Of a stretch of DNA of 64,000 nucleotides, positions 18,212-27,680 are shown piece after piece (the first letter of the stretch is position 1; the number at the start of each line of letters is the position of its first letter). This stretch comes from Candidatus Kapaibacterium sp. (GTDB taxonomy: Bacteria; Bacteroidota; Ignavibacteria; Kapaibacteriales; UBA2268): positions 3,136,001-3,200,000 of the forward strand of contig OY762428.1 in the NCBI GenBank assembly GCA_963665665.1, in the 5' to 3' direction. The position numbers were made by a program, and so were the translations under genes. Under the pieces are notes generated by a model. The model had not been told where the DNA came from, made no database searches, and saw only the letters and a list, made by a program, of their open reading frames with translations.

Positions 18212-18844
18212 TTATCGGAAATCGATAATTTCAACTCCTTCGGGCGGAGTGAATTTAAAACTGTTGCTACTGATATTACTGTTTACATTTAAATTTTCAA
18301 TTATCCATTTCAGAAAATCATTATCTGATTCGATACCTACCGCGATTATCGAGAGGTCTTTCTTCGAAAGCCATATTTTAACCCTGCGAATATCATTTAT
18401 TGCTTCATCTTCATTATCAGGTTCCAGTTCCAGGAAATAGACGCTTCCCCTGCCGGATTCAGTCATCGAGGTAAGGCCAACGGGGTAATACTTTTCAAGA
18501 AAAATAAAAAAGAACTGCTCCAGGCCGGCATCAGCACTTTCTGCATCATAATCGCTGATAACTACATTTTTATCTGTTTTTGAATAGTTCCATATTGTTT
18601 CACCGTCGCATACTATCCGGCGTGTTCCAAGAAGCAGGTTGTATTTATTCCCACGTACCGCCTTCAGCTTTCCTTTCAGCCCGGGTTCACTTTCCAGCGA
18701 GAAATCAACAGAAACAGATTCAATTTCACCGTATTTGGCAATCAGGTTGTTGTAAACATCGTCTTTGTCCGGTTCAAGGGCAAAAACCGGTAAAATACTA
18801 TTCAGCAGCAGAAGCAATCCCGTAATAATTGTTTTTTTTATCAT
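18212..18844 (-). CDS. lolA: Outer-membrane lipoprotein carrier LolA family protein
   Basis: Signal peptide from ATG 18844; GNKYNL, IVCDGETIWNYS...VVISD and C-terminal FKFTPPEGVEIIDFR. Confidence 0.85.
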   Translation of the reverse strand: MIKKTIITGLLLLLNSILPVFALEPDKDDVYNNLIAKYGEIESVSVDFSLESEPGLKGKLKAVRGNKYNLLLGTRRIVCDGETIWNYSKTDKNVVISDYDAESADAGLEQFFFIFLEKYYPVGLTSMTESGRGSVYFLELEPDNEDEAINDIRRVKIWLSKKDLSIIAVGIESDNDFLKWIIENLNVNSNISSNSFKFTPPEGVEIIDFR

Positions 18845-18848
18845 AATA

Positions 18849-19679
18849 TTAATTATCCCTGATCTTTGCATCGACTTTACCCCGAACACCTGAATATTTT
18901 GTAAGCTCGGCCCCGACATATCCTATCAGTATTTTTGTGGCTACCTTCACCGGAATTTTCCTGTCATCATCAGTAAGCCACACAAGAATTTTACCTTCGC
19001 TTTTAAACAGCCCGCCTTTAACAACCATTGGCTCGACAACTACGCATTTAAACTCTCCGGCTTTTACTTCAATTGTCTGCCTGCCCCGAATTTTCACTCC
19101 GAGCTGGTAAGTAGAATCCTTGTAGAAATTCTTCAGCATAATAGTGCTGTCCTTTGGAATATTTTTCAGGTCCATAGTCCGCACGTAAAACAAAGCAGAA
19201 ACAATATCATGAACATAGGGCGGGATATCAAAAGTATCGGTTTTCTTTTTATTGCGGGTATATGCCTTATGATTTTGCTGGTCGAAATCGGCATACATAT
19301 CTCTTTTATATTTTCCTTCGCGAATATGCTGTTCGAAAAGATAGGGGAATATCCCGCCAATATCAATTACAGTCCTGTAGGCGTCTTTCACCCGGTATAG
19401 CATATCAAGAGCTGGAAGAGACCTTACCTCGAAGCGGATATCATAGCATTTTCTGCCGTCGATAACCACAGGTTCCGGCAGAATATGGAAATATCCCGTT
19501 CCGGCAGTAATAAATTTGTAACCAACATCGTATTCAAGTTTCTCTCCAAGTCCGAATGCTTCGTTCGGAACGTAGCGGTACGAAGGAGTTTCAAAGTCGG
19601 ATTTTTCCTGTGCAGTAGAAAGGGAATGAATTCCGGCCACAGAAAATATTATCAGTATTATTTTAAAAATTTTATGCAT
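18849..19679 (-). CDS. DUF3108 domain-containing protein
   Basis: Signal peptide; FGLGEKLEY, YRVKD, EGKY, DIVSALFYVR, VKAGEFKC and WLTDDDRKIPVK. Confidence 0.85.
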   Translation of the reverse strand: MHKIFKIILIIFSVAGIHSLSTAQEKSDFETPSYRYVPNEAFGLGEKLEYDVGYKFITAGTGYFHILPEPVVIDGRKCYDIRFEVRSLPALDMLYRVKDAYRTVIDIGGIFPYLFEQHIREGKYKRDMYADFDQQNHKAYTRNKKKTDTFDIPPYVHDIVSALFYVRTMDLKNIPKDSTIMLKNFYKDSTYQLGVKIRGRQTIEVKAGEFKCVVVEPMVVKGGLFKSEGKILVWLTDDDRKIPVKVATKILIGYVGAELTKYSGVRGKVDAKIRDN

Positions 19680-20196
19680 GATAATTATCTTTATTAAAAA
19701 AATTAATTTACATTATTCTTTGCAAACCGGCAAGATTAATTTTGAAGTATAGATTTTGACGGTTATCAATTATATTTTCACATTTTTCTTTTTTGCCAGG
19801 GTATGCAGTGCTTGTTTTAAATTCCTGATGATATATTAATCCTGTTTCAACATTCAGCCTGCTCCCTTTTTTACCTGACGGCTGAAGAAAAAGAAATTGT
19901 CGATCCTTATATTATAAACGGTTGAAATTTCCAAAGGTTCATAATTTTCAAGTGAAATTATGTAATCGGCTCTTTTAATTGAGGCCCTTAATATTATTCT
20001 TTTGCCATTAGGAACGAAATTCCGAGAGTTTTTTTATGCCGGCATCCAAAGCTTCAAAATAAATTATTGAAGGCATATTTTAACACGCGTACATATATAT
20101 CCGGCGCATCCCGGGTAAATATTCTTCCGGTAAATTTGAACACGGGAGTCAAATAATTTTATAATTTCCGGGCTTCTGAAAAGAAAGATTTCAACT

Positions 20197-20496
20197 TCAC
20201 GAAATATTGATTCCTTTCATTATAAGCTGTTCCTGCAGGTGGTTCTTAAGCACCCTGCCCCGATAGGTTAAGCGTGAGAAGCTGCATTCCCGACCGTTCA
20301 GAATAGTGCCGCGCAAAAAGCCCTGCTCAATAAGCCGGCGGGCGCCTCGGTATATATCCTGATCGCTGTATTTATTCAGTAATTTATTTGTTTCCGATAC
20401 AGATTCGAGAATAAGATAAAGTAACTCATCGGAAAATTTTGGTTCCGGTTCCATGTCGTCGAAAAATGGCTGTTCAAATTCAATACTTCCTATCAT
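20197..20496 (-). CDS. Small hypothetical protein, possible winged-helix
   Basis: ATGA overlap with the upstream S24 gene; LIEQGFLRG...RLTYRG resembles a wHTH wing. Confidence 0.6.
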   Translation of the reverse strand: MIGSIEFEQPFFDDMEPEPKFSDELLYLILESVSETNKLLNKYSDQDIYRGARRLIEQGFLRGTILNGRECSFSRLTYRGRVLKNHLQEQLIMKGINIS

Positions 20497-21071
20497 TGAT
20501 TTCCTCCCGGTTCAATTCCAATAACTTTAGCAAAAATTCTGAAATTCCTGCATTTTTCAATCGGGACGGGCGGGTATTTGCGGTTTTCGGATACAAGATA
20601 CTTTCCGTTTCGTTCCACGATATATTTTTTAATAAACAGCCTGCCGTCCACTTCTGCAATTATTATATCTCCGCTTTTGCACTTCTTTCCCGGTGCTATA
20701 ATTGCCTTCATGCCTTCGAAAATTCCTGCTCCCTGCATTGAATCCCCGTATATCATGCATTCCTTCAGCTCTGAAATATTGATATTTTCAGGTATGCCGG
20801 GCATTTCAGTTTCTGAATAAGACAGGCGAAAGGGACGCAGCGGGGCATTGAGCCCGAGTATCGTGCCTGTCAGTATGTATTCCGCGTCTTCTTTGGCGTT
20901 TTCAAATGCATCCGACCCGCGTTGCAGGCATTCCCTGCTTAGTATTTCAAGCCTTTCAATATCAGGCCTGCCCGATTCGGCACCGCCGAGCAGGTATTTC
21001 CTGCTTAAGCGGTATATATCGGCATCCGGGGCCATTGCTGCCCAATCCCTGAATTCAGCCTTAGTCATCAT
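20493..21071 (-). CDS. S24 (LexA/CI-type) peptidase with an uncharacterised N-terminal domain
   Basis: GDSM (catalytic Ser), GDIIIAEVDG, FIKK (catalytic Lys) and LVSENRKYPP. The start overlaps the stop of the XRE gene. Confidence 0.85.
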   Translation of the reverse strand: MMTKAEFRDWAAMAPDADIYRLSRKYLLGGAESGRPDIERLEILSRECLQRGSDAFENAKEDAEYILTGTILGLNAPLRPFRLSYSETEMPGIPENINISELKECMIYGDSMQGAGIFEGMKAIIAPGKKCKSGDIIIAEVDGRLFIKKYIVERNGKYLVSENRKYPPVPIEKCRNFRIFAKVIGIEPGGNQ

Positions 21072-21483
21072 TTTTCTTTCTCTGGTTAAGAATGTCGCCT
21101 GCAACGGCGCTTATCAGTTCCAGCTTTTCGTCCATACTCATTTTTTTTGTATCCAGGCTGGCACTGCCAATCGGGATAACCTTATCGTTATGAAATACTT
21201 CACTTTCTTCAAGGCGTTCTTTCAGTATTTTGCCGGCACGGTTGGCAGCAAAAATACTTTCCTCGCCCGTAAGTATAAAAACCGGGTTTATACCTTTGCG
21301 GTAGAGCTTAACAAGAAGTTCCGGGGGAACTCCGGAACGCCCGTTTTCGTAATTGCGGATCTTGTCCTGGCTGACATTAAGCAATTGGGCAAACTGCGAA
21401 GCCGACAGCTTCACGCCCTCGTTGAATATGTTTACCCTGATTTCCCGCAGCCTTCTGCCAATTTCTATTCCTATCTTATCCAT
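21061..21483 (-). CDS. XRE-family helix-turn-helix repressor (no peptidase domain)
   Basis: GRRLREIR...SASQFAQLLNVSQDKIRNYENGRS...INPVFILTGE. Confidence 0.88.
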   Translation of the reverse strand: MDKIGIEIGRRLREIRVNIFNEGVKLSASQFAQLLNVSQDKIRNYENGRSGVPPELLVKLYRKGINPVFILTGEESIFAANRAGKILKERLEESEVFHNDKVIPIGSASLDTKKMSMDEKLELISAVAGDILNQRKKNDD

Positions 21484-21518
21484 ATTTTATAAACTATTTT
21501 TAAAATAAACAAAAATAA

Positions 21519-21599
21519 TTTACTTGGAATATAAGCAATATATACATATATTACAAGTAAAAATTACCAAAAATAATTGTATATATTACATTTGTAATA
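21519..21599. promoter_or_regulatory. Candidate operators in the divergent repressor/activator promoter
   Basis: Inverted repeat TTTACTTGGAATATA-N13-TATATTACAAGTAAA (21519-21561, 1 mismatch in 15) and palindrome TATTACA-TT-TGTAATA (21584-21599) share the TATTACA half-site. Confidence 0.55.
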
Positions 21600-21616
21600 A
21601 AATAAGGTAAAAAATC

Positions 21617-21856
21617 ATGCAACAATCAAAGCAAAATGCAAGTGCTGCCGACAGGCTGGAGAAGGCCGGGGAAATTCTCGGGAGTGCCCTGAAGGAAGCC
21701 GAGAGCAAAAAGCTGATAAGCCCCACTTTAAGGTCGGACCTTGAGTTTATAATTGGCGATTTTCTGTTTTCATCAAGCGGGAACGATGCTGAAATCAACT
21801 TTCTTATGTTAAACAATAATGGCTGGGAGCCTGACGGTTATGAACAGTGTTTTTGA
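21617..21856 (+). CDS. Small hypothetical protein (Cro/Ner position)
   Basis: AAGG RBS; divergent from the repressor; overlaps the start of the Mor-like gene. Confidence 0.6.
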   Translation: MQQSKQNASAADRLEKAGEILGSALKEAESKKLISPTLRSDLEFIIGDFLFSSSGNDAEINFLMLNNNGWEPDGYEQCF

Positions 21857-22106
21857 TCAGATACGCGAAGATGAGCTGACTGACGATTTGAAGCTGGTAT
21901 CAAAAGTTGTAGGAATTGATGCTGTAAGAAAAATATTGAAAGATTTTGGCGGCCTGAGTTTTTACATCCCAAAGCTAACACGGCTGGATGGTTTCGTGGA
22001 CAGGTACATGAAGCAAAACAGGAATAAAACAGCCAAGCAGATAGCTTTGGACCTTGGCGTGTCCGAGCATTACCTGCGCAGTGTCAGGAAAAGGTTTGGT
22101 AATTGA
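21840..22106 (+). CDS. Mor/C family transcription activator (phage Mu type)
   Basis: VVGIDAVRKILKDFGGLSFYIPK (Mor GGxxxYIP signature) and C-terminal HTH TAKQIALDLGVSEHYL. Confidence 0.82.
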   Translation: MNSVFDQIREDELTDDLKLVSKVVGIDAVRKILKDFGGLSFYIPKLTRLDGFVDRYMKQNRNKTAKQIALDLGVSEHYLRSVRKRFGN

Positions 22107-22128
22107 CAATAGAATACAGGATAGAAAA

Positions 22129-22455
22129 TTATCTCATTGATATTCCGAGGTAAGCATGAACCATGCATGCCCAGTCGCCAATGATTTTTCTGTCATCAGT
22201 CAGTTCTTTTCGCCAGTCGGTATTTTGCCCGGCCTGGCTCATGTTTCTTGCAAGGGCATCAATATTTGAAATAAGGGCGTTATGTGCAGCCGTTCTGTAA
22301 CTGTCTTTTTCTTTTTTATCATCAACAGAAAGAAAGGCCCAGTCAGTCCTTATTCTGGCATATTTAACTACAGAATCGAGCAGTTCAGTTTTCAGGTAAT
22401 CATTATCAGATTTCATAAGGGAATTGTAAATATCAACAACTGAATCCAAAAGCAT
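22129..22455 (-). CDS. Hypothetical helical protein (DUF3232-like)
   Basis: AAGGAG RBS; RTAAHNALISNIDALAR...DRKIIGDWA. Confidence 0.6.
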   Translation of the reverse strand: MLLDSVVDIYNSLMKSDNDYLKTELLDSVVKYARIRTDWAFLSVDDKKEKDSYRTAAHNALISNIDALARNMSQAGQNTDWRKELTDDRKIIGDWACMVHAYLGISMR

Positions 22456-22690
22456 GTATTTCTCCTTGACATAAATTGTACATCAGGAAAAAGATAATAA
22501 TTAACCATTACCATGCAAGTTCTTTTTAGTTAATAATTTATATTTTTAAATACTGTAATTTTAGTGTTGATATACTTATTGTTCCGGCAAATTGATTTTT
22601 AATTGCTGAAAATGGATTAGTACTGACGAATTACCTGATAGCCCGGATAGATAAAATAATCGAGCCTGCCCGGGGGAAAACCATAATCAG

Positions 22691-23143
22691 CTAAATGAGT
22701 GAATGTACCACGTGGCGTACTTTGCCCTGTATGGTGAAAGACATTTCCGGGCTTATCTCAATTGGCAGGAAACGGCTGTTTTCCGATTGCAGATAATAAA
22801 CACCTTTTTTTTCAATCAGCCTTTTTACTGTCAGCTCACCGTTCAGAGACGATATAACGATATCGCCGGGGCTGGCAGTATTACATTCCTCAACGATGAG
22901 TATATCCCCGTCGAATATATTTATATCTATCATACTTTCGCCGTTAACCCTTACAAGATAGAAATTATCCTGGTTTCCTGGCAGAAGGTATTTATAAAGG
23001 TCGAGGTCGCCGACATTATTTACCCCGGGAATTTTTCCGGCGGGGAATGCTGCATCGAGCAGGGGAGCTTCGAAGCGAAACCTCCTTCCTATCGAACCAA
23101 ATTTATCAGCCGATAATTTTTTGCTTTTATAAGAAACTTTCAT
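22691..23143 (-). CDS. UmuD-like S24 peptidase (catalytic residues intact)
   Basis: FPAG cleavage-type site, VRVNGESM (Ser), DGDILIV, TVKRL (Lys) and LQSEN; no HTH. Confidence 0.88.
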   Translation of the reverse strand: MKVSYKSKKLSADKFGSIGRRFRFEAPLLDAAFPAGKIPGVNNVGDLDLYKYLLPGNQDNFYLVRVNGESMIDINIFDGDILIVEECNTASPGDIVISSLNGELTVKRLIEKKGVYYLQSENSRFLPIEISPEMSFTIQGKVRHVVHSLI

Positions 23144-23168
23144 TTGAAAATATGTGTATTCTTGTTCT

Positions 23169-23597
23169 CTAAATGCTGTGAATTACTTTAGTTACAACAC
23201 CAACCGGTTTCAGGCCGATATTTTCTTCATTGATTTCCAAAGGCATAACACTGCTGTCCGGAGCTTCCAGGTATGGCCAGTGCCTTCCTTCCCTGTATAT
23301 TTTGATAGTGAACGATCCATTGACAGATACAACCACAATTCTTCCGTCGGCTGCTTCTATTGCTGTATCAACAACAAGTATATCTCCGTCGGATATATCT
23401 AAGTTATAACCGTCAATACCACTTATCCTTGCAAAAAAAGTAGCCTTCGGATGTTCTATCAGAAGGTCGTTCAAATCAATTTCCTTGTCGATTTTATCAT
23501 CAACAGGTACAGGTATTCCTGCTGAAACAGACATGTTAAAGAATGGCATTTTAGCGCCGGAATAAGGCTTGAAGCCAAATACCTCAACGATTTCCAT
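23169..23597 (-). CDS. UmuD-like S24 protein lacking the catalytic serine
   Basis: VSAGIPVP and IDLNDLLIEHPKATFFARISG are UmuD-like, but GDSM is replaced by GIDG. DGDILVVD and FTIK are retained. Confidence 0.82.
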   Translation of the reverse strand: MEIVEVFGFKPYSGAKMPFFNMSVSAGIPVPVDDKIDKEIDLNDLLIEHPKATFFARISGIDGYNLDISDGDILVVDTAIEAADGRIVVVSVNGSFTIKIYREGRHWPYLEAPDSSVMPLEINEENIGLKPVGVVTKVIHSI

Positions 23598-23748
23598 TTT
23601 ATTGTCCCCTTTTGCTGCTAATAATACATGCCGCTAATGCGACACATTAAGTATTATAATATAATGGAAAAGGCAGCACTTATGCAAATTTTTTTTTCGG
23701 GTAGTAATTTTTTTTTAATAATTGTTTCAATTTTTTAGAAATAGAATG

Positions 23749-25248
23749 TTAGTGTGCCCAAATCGGCTGCACGGCAGGATCAATTCCCAGAACGGCCGAA
23801 CCTATGAAATAGAAAAATGTTGAAATAATTAATGCACCGGCAAGGTTTAATATCAGCCCTGCGCGTGTCATATCGTGAATTTCCAAATATCCCGAACCGA
23901 ATACGATAGCATTGGGCGGAGTAGCTATTGGAAGCATGAAAGCACATGAAGCGGATATTGTGGCAGGTATCATCAATAGCAGAGGGTTAATGCCCATACC
24001 TATGCCAACAGATGCAAGTATCGGCAGCAGAGTCTGGGTTGTTGCCGTATTTGAAGTAAGCTCGGTCAGGAATGTCAGTATCAGGCATGTCAGTATTATT
24101 ATCAGGAAAACCGGAGCATCACTTAGGGCACTGAATTGATTTCCGATAATTCCCGAAAGCCCTGAATGCTGAAATCCTTCAGCAAGGGCAAAGCCGCCCC
24201 CGAAAAGCAGGATGATTTCCCAGGGAACTGAGCGAATCTGTTCCACACCTACGATACCGCTACCTTTATTTGTGCTGTCCGGAAGAATAAATAGCAAAAC
24301 AGACATAGCAACAGCTATAGTTCCGTCGTCCACAAGGCCGTTTAACCCGATCAGGTTAGTCCATCCGTAAATGGTAATAGCGCCAATATTAATATTTGTC
24401 CGGAAAGTCCAAAGCAAAGCAGATAGTACAAAAACAAACATTACTTTTTTCTCATTAACGCTCATAGCCGGAAGAGAAGTAAACGATCTGTCGTTGTTTA
24501 AATTAATATCACACAGTTCTTTCCGATGTAAAAACTTTGTAAGTATAAGCCATATCAGCCCCAGCATAGTAAGGCTTAAGGGCAGCGCAAAAATCAGCCA
24601 ATGGCCAAAACTGATTTCGGGGGCTTCCGGAAAAGTGGAATGATATATCTGGTTGAATGCAAGATTGGGAGGCGTTCCGATAAGTGTGGCTATACCTCCG
24701 GCAGAAGCGGAATAGGCTATGGCAAGCATTAGCGGCGTACCAAAGGAACGGGCTTTGGAAGCATTCCCCGCTGCATGTGTTACTGCTATGGCTACCGGAA
24801 ACATCATAACCGCCGTGGCAGTGTTTGAAATAAACATCGAAAGAAAAGCTGTTGCGATCATGAATCCGAGAATTACAACTGCCGGACTCTTTCCGGTACG
24901 GTTCAATATGAAAAAAGCAATACGTTTGTGAAGGCCGGTTTTCTGCATGGCCGAGGCAATTATAAAACCACCGAGGAAAAGTAAAATCACAGAATTGAAG
25001 TATTCTGCGGCAGTTTCTTTGCCCTTCATAATTCCAAGCAATGGGAAAAGAACAGCCGGCATCAGAGATGTTGCACTGAGCGGAAGGGCGTTTGTCATCC
25101 ACCATGTGGCCATTAATACTCCAACAGCTGTCATATCAGAAGCTGGCTTGCTATCAGAAACAGGAAATATTATCAAAAGAATGAACAATATTATACCGAG
25201 GAAGAACCCTGATCGTGAAATTTTTCTTGCTTTATTTTTGTTTTCCAT
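23749..25248 (-). CDS. SLC13/DASS family sodium:dicarboxylate (or sulfate) symporter
   Basis: Motifs LFLGGF, LHKRIA, SMFISNTAT, GGIATLIGTPPN, WEIILLFGGG, TELTSNTAT and AFMLPIATPPNAIVFG. Confidence 0.93.
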   Translation of the reverse strand: MENKNKARKISRSGFFLGIILFILLIIFPVSDSKPASDMTAVGVLMATWWMTNALPLSATSLMPAVLFPLLGIMKGKETAAEYFNSVILLFLGGFIIASAMQKTGLHKRIAFFILNRTGKSPAVVILGFMIATAFLSMFISNTATAVMMFPVAIAVTHAAGNASKARSFGTPLMLAIAYSASAGGIATLIGTPPNLAFNQIYHSTFPEAPEISFGHWLIFALPLSLTMLGLIWLILTKFLHRKELCDINLNNDRSFTSLPAMSVNEKKVMFVFVLSALLWTFRTNINIGAITIYGWTNLIGLNGLVDDGTIAVAMSVLLFILPDSTNKGSGIVGVEQIRSVPWEIILLFGGGFALAEGFQHSGLSGIIGNQFSALSDAPVFLIIILTCLILTFLTELTSNTATTQTLLPILASVGIGMGINPLLLMIPATISASCAFMLPIATPPNAIVFGSGYLEIHDMTRAGLILNLAGALIISTFFYFIGSAVLGIDPAVQPIWAH

Positions 25249-25391
25249 TGCAATTCCCGTTTTTTTATCTGAATAAATATATCAAAACGTGCTCAAAATG
25301 CAAGGAAACTGTTAATATTATTTGTTAACAATTGCAGTTTTTTTAAATTGTTCTTTTAATATGCAGCGTAAATAATTTTTAATTTGTAATT

Positions 25392-27680
25392 ATGTCAAGA
25401 TTCAGATTTCAAATAATAATATTACTAATAATACTATTGGGGATTTCCCGGCTGTATTCAGGCGGGAGGATCTGGCATGATGCTTTGAAACGTATCGATA
25501 CAGTGGACTTTGGAGTTCATTATCCGGGCCAGTACAAGGATCATTACTTCTATATAGCAAATGACGGCCCTGAAAAACTAATGCTCGGAGCGGTCGATCC
25601 TTCATTTCTTATTGGCAGGACTCCGTCGCATCCTTATGATTTTCCGGAATTTCAGAAGCAGACAAGCGGCATAATTGAACTTGACCCCGGAGATACTGTT
25701 GCTATCATAATCAGGTATTTAGCCGAGCCTCCGCCAAAATTAGCTACCTACCCGCCGGGGAATAAAGAGGCCCGACTGCTGATGGGACTTTACGACCCGG
25801 TTAAATATCCTGACGGCGTGGATGACAGGTCGCAGCTTGATACTGTGCGGGAATATATAATGGTTGCCAAAAAGACAATTCAACTATTGGATACTTACCG
25901 TGATGCTATTGATTTTGATTCTGTTTATGTAAATCCGCCAAATTCTTTTGAAAAAAACTGGAAAATAAAAAACAATGCTGATCAATCAATATCAATAAGT
26001 AATATTGATTATGGAATTTTTACTCCTGTTCCTGACGGGGAGGAGTTTGAGTTTCCGGAAATAAGCGTATCGGCTCCGATACCATCAGGGCAGACAATAG
26101 GCGGATTGGTTAGCTATCATCCGCTGAACAGGGGCTCGGATAGTGCTTTTGGCAGGATAATATATATAGCCCCGGAATCTGATACAAGCGATACGGCAAT
26201 AACAATATTCAGGGGATTCGGAGTTCAGCAGGAAATGAGGCTGTTTGAAACGGATACAAAAATTGATACCCTGAATTTCGGAGACCAGGACAGAATTTGC
26301 CTTAATGCCGGAAATGTCAGGGTTGGTACAAATGTCAGAATCAAGGGCAGCCTGGTGAACAAAGGGAATATTCCTTTTCATGCGCTTAGCCAAATAGTAA
26401 GAAATTATTACGATAATGAATTATCCGGGGCTTTTTCATTTATAAGTGGTTTTGATTTAAGCCGGAACGACATTTTAACAGACGAGAAAACGGATTTTGA
26501 AATTCAGTTTCTGCCTGATAGTGCCGGTGAGTTTTTTGCCCGCTATATTATCGGAAGCGATATCAAAGAACGTAATATCTGGGGGATACCCGCTGAGGCT
26601 TCAAATGTTATTGTATATATCAGAGGGCGTGGCATAAACCCGAAAATTTCAATTCCGGATACTATTGATTTTGGTAATATTGTTGTGAATCCGCCATATT
26701 GTTCTGCTGACAGGGACACGGTAATAAAAATTTTGAATACCGGCAACGAAGAATTGCTGATAAATAACCTGGATATTACTACCGGTGATTTTGGTTTTAT
26801 TCCGGGTAATCTGTCGATCCCGCAGTATTCAGCCGGGTCAATGACATTTACTTTCAGCTCAGGGGCTCTTGGCGATTCAGAATCAAAATTCAGGCTGTTC
26901 ACAAACGAGAACGCCGGTTTTAATGTTCATGAAATTATTCTGAAAGCAAGGGGGGTATTGCCACTTGAATCAAGTATATCCATTCCGGATACCAGGTCGG
27001 CCCCCGGAAGGAATATCAGTATTCCGATTATAACCGAAGGAAGTAAGCTGGGGAATGCCAGGAATTTTGAGGATACTGTCAGCTTTGATCCTACTTCTCT
27101 GCAATTTCTCCGGACTGACCCCATAGGAACTGCTTCAGAGGGGGCGATAATAAGCGCTGATCCTGATAATTCCAAAGGCCTGCTGTATCTTTCAATGAGA
27201 ATTCCTTCCGGAGGATTTTTCCGGAACAAAGATACATTGATAAAGATTCAGTTCAGAACATATCTCGGAGACAGGATTTCATATCCTGTTGCATTTTCCG
27301 AGCCCCGAATCGGGGATGATAAATGCTCGCACGTGATAAATTTAAACAGTGATAACGGAAGTTTTTCAATAGATTCTGTTTGCGGGTTGTCGCTTAAGGT
27401 TTATACCAAAGACGGAGGTGTTTTTAAATTTGATATGCCATCTCCGAATCCTGCAGATGAATATATTAATCTAAGTTTCGAGACAGCTTTCAAATCAAGA
27501 ACAAGGATTTCAATTCATAATTCTTACGGCGAAGAAGTAAGGTCTATCAATAACAGTGTTCTTCCCGGTGGAAGATATGAATGGAGTGTGGATCTTTTGG
27601 GCCTGCCTTCAGGAACATATTATTGTGAAATGTCCGCGGGGATTTTCAGGCAGCAAAGGATTTTTGTGATAAAAAGGTAA
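25392..27680 (+). CDS. Secreted Ig-like-repeat (choice-of-anchor D-like) protein with a cohesin-like domain and T9SS sorting domain
   Basis: Signal peptide; repeated DFG..V and I.N.G motifs; C-terminal PSPNPA...IHNSYGEEV...LPSGTYYCEM. Confidence 0.75.
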   Translation: MSRFRFQIIILLIILLGISRLYSGGRIWHDALKRIDTVDFGVHYPGQYKDHYFYIANDGPEKLMLGAVDPSFLIGRTPSHPYDFPEFQKQTSGIIELDPGDTVAIIIRYLAEPPPKLATYPPGNKEARLLMGLYDPVKYPDGVDDRSQLDTVREYIMVAKKTIQLLDTYRDAIDFDSVYVNPPNSFEKNWKIKNNADQSISISNIDYGIFTPVPDGEEFEFPEISVSAPIPSGQTIGGLVSYHPLNRGSDSAFGRIIYIAPESDTSDTAITIFRGFGVQQEMRLFETDTKIDTLNFGDQDRICLNAGNVRVGTNVRIKGSLVNKGNIPFHALSQIVRNYYDNELSGAFSFISGFDLSRNDILTDEKTDFEIQFLPDSAGEFFARYIIGSDIKERNIWGIPAEASNVIVYIRGRGINPKISIPDTIDFGNIVVNPPYCSADRDTVIKILNTGNEELLINNLDITTGDFGFIPGNLSIPQYSAGSMTFTFSSGALGDSESKFRLFTNENAGFNVHEIILKARGVLPLESSISIPDTRSAPGRNISIPIITEGSKLGNARNFEDTVSFDPTSLQFLRTDPIGTASEGAIISADPDNSKGLLYLSMRIPSGGFFRNKDTLIKIQFRTYLGDRISYPVAFSEPRIGDDKCSHVINLNSDNGSFSIDSVCGLSLKVYTKDGGVFKFDMPSPNPADEYINLSFETAFKSRTRISIHNSYGEEVRSINNSVLPGGRYEWSVDLLGLPSGTYYCEMSAGIFRQQRIFVIKR

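Noticed and set aside
20848-21492. 214-aa plus-strand ORF
   Set aside because: Antisense to the well-supported XRE and S24 genes, with no recognisable motifs.
22691-23597. umuDC operon or lexA
   Set aside because: No umuC-like polymerase is adjacent and neither protein has a LexA DNA-binding domain.
1-23597. A single contiguous prophage from the portal to the repressor region
   Set aside because: The interval is filled with host genes (OPT, murQ, lolA, sirtuin) and has no other phage structural, replication or integration genes.
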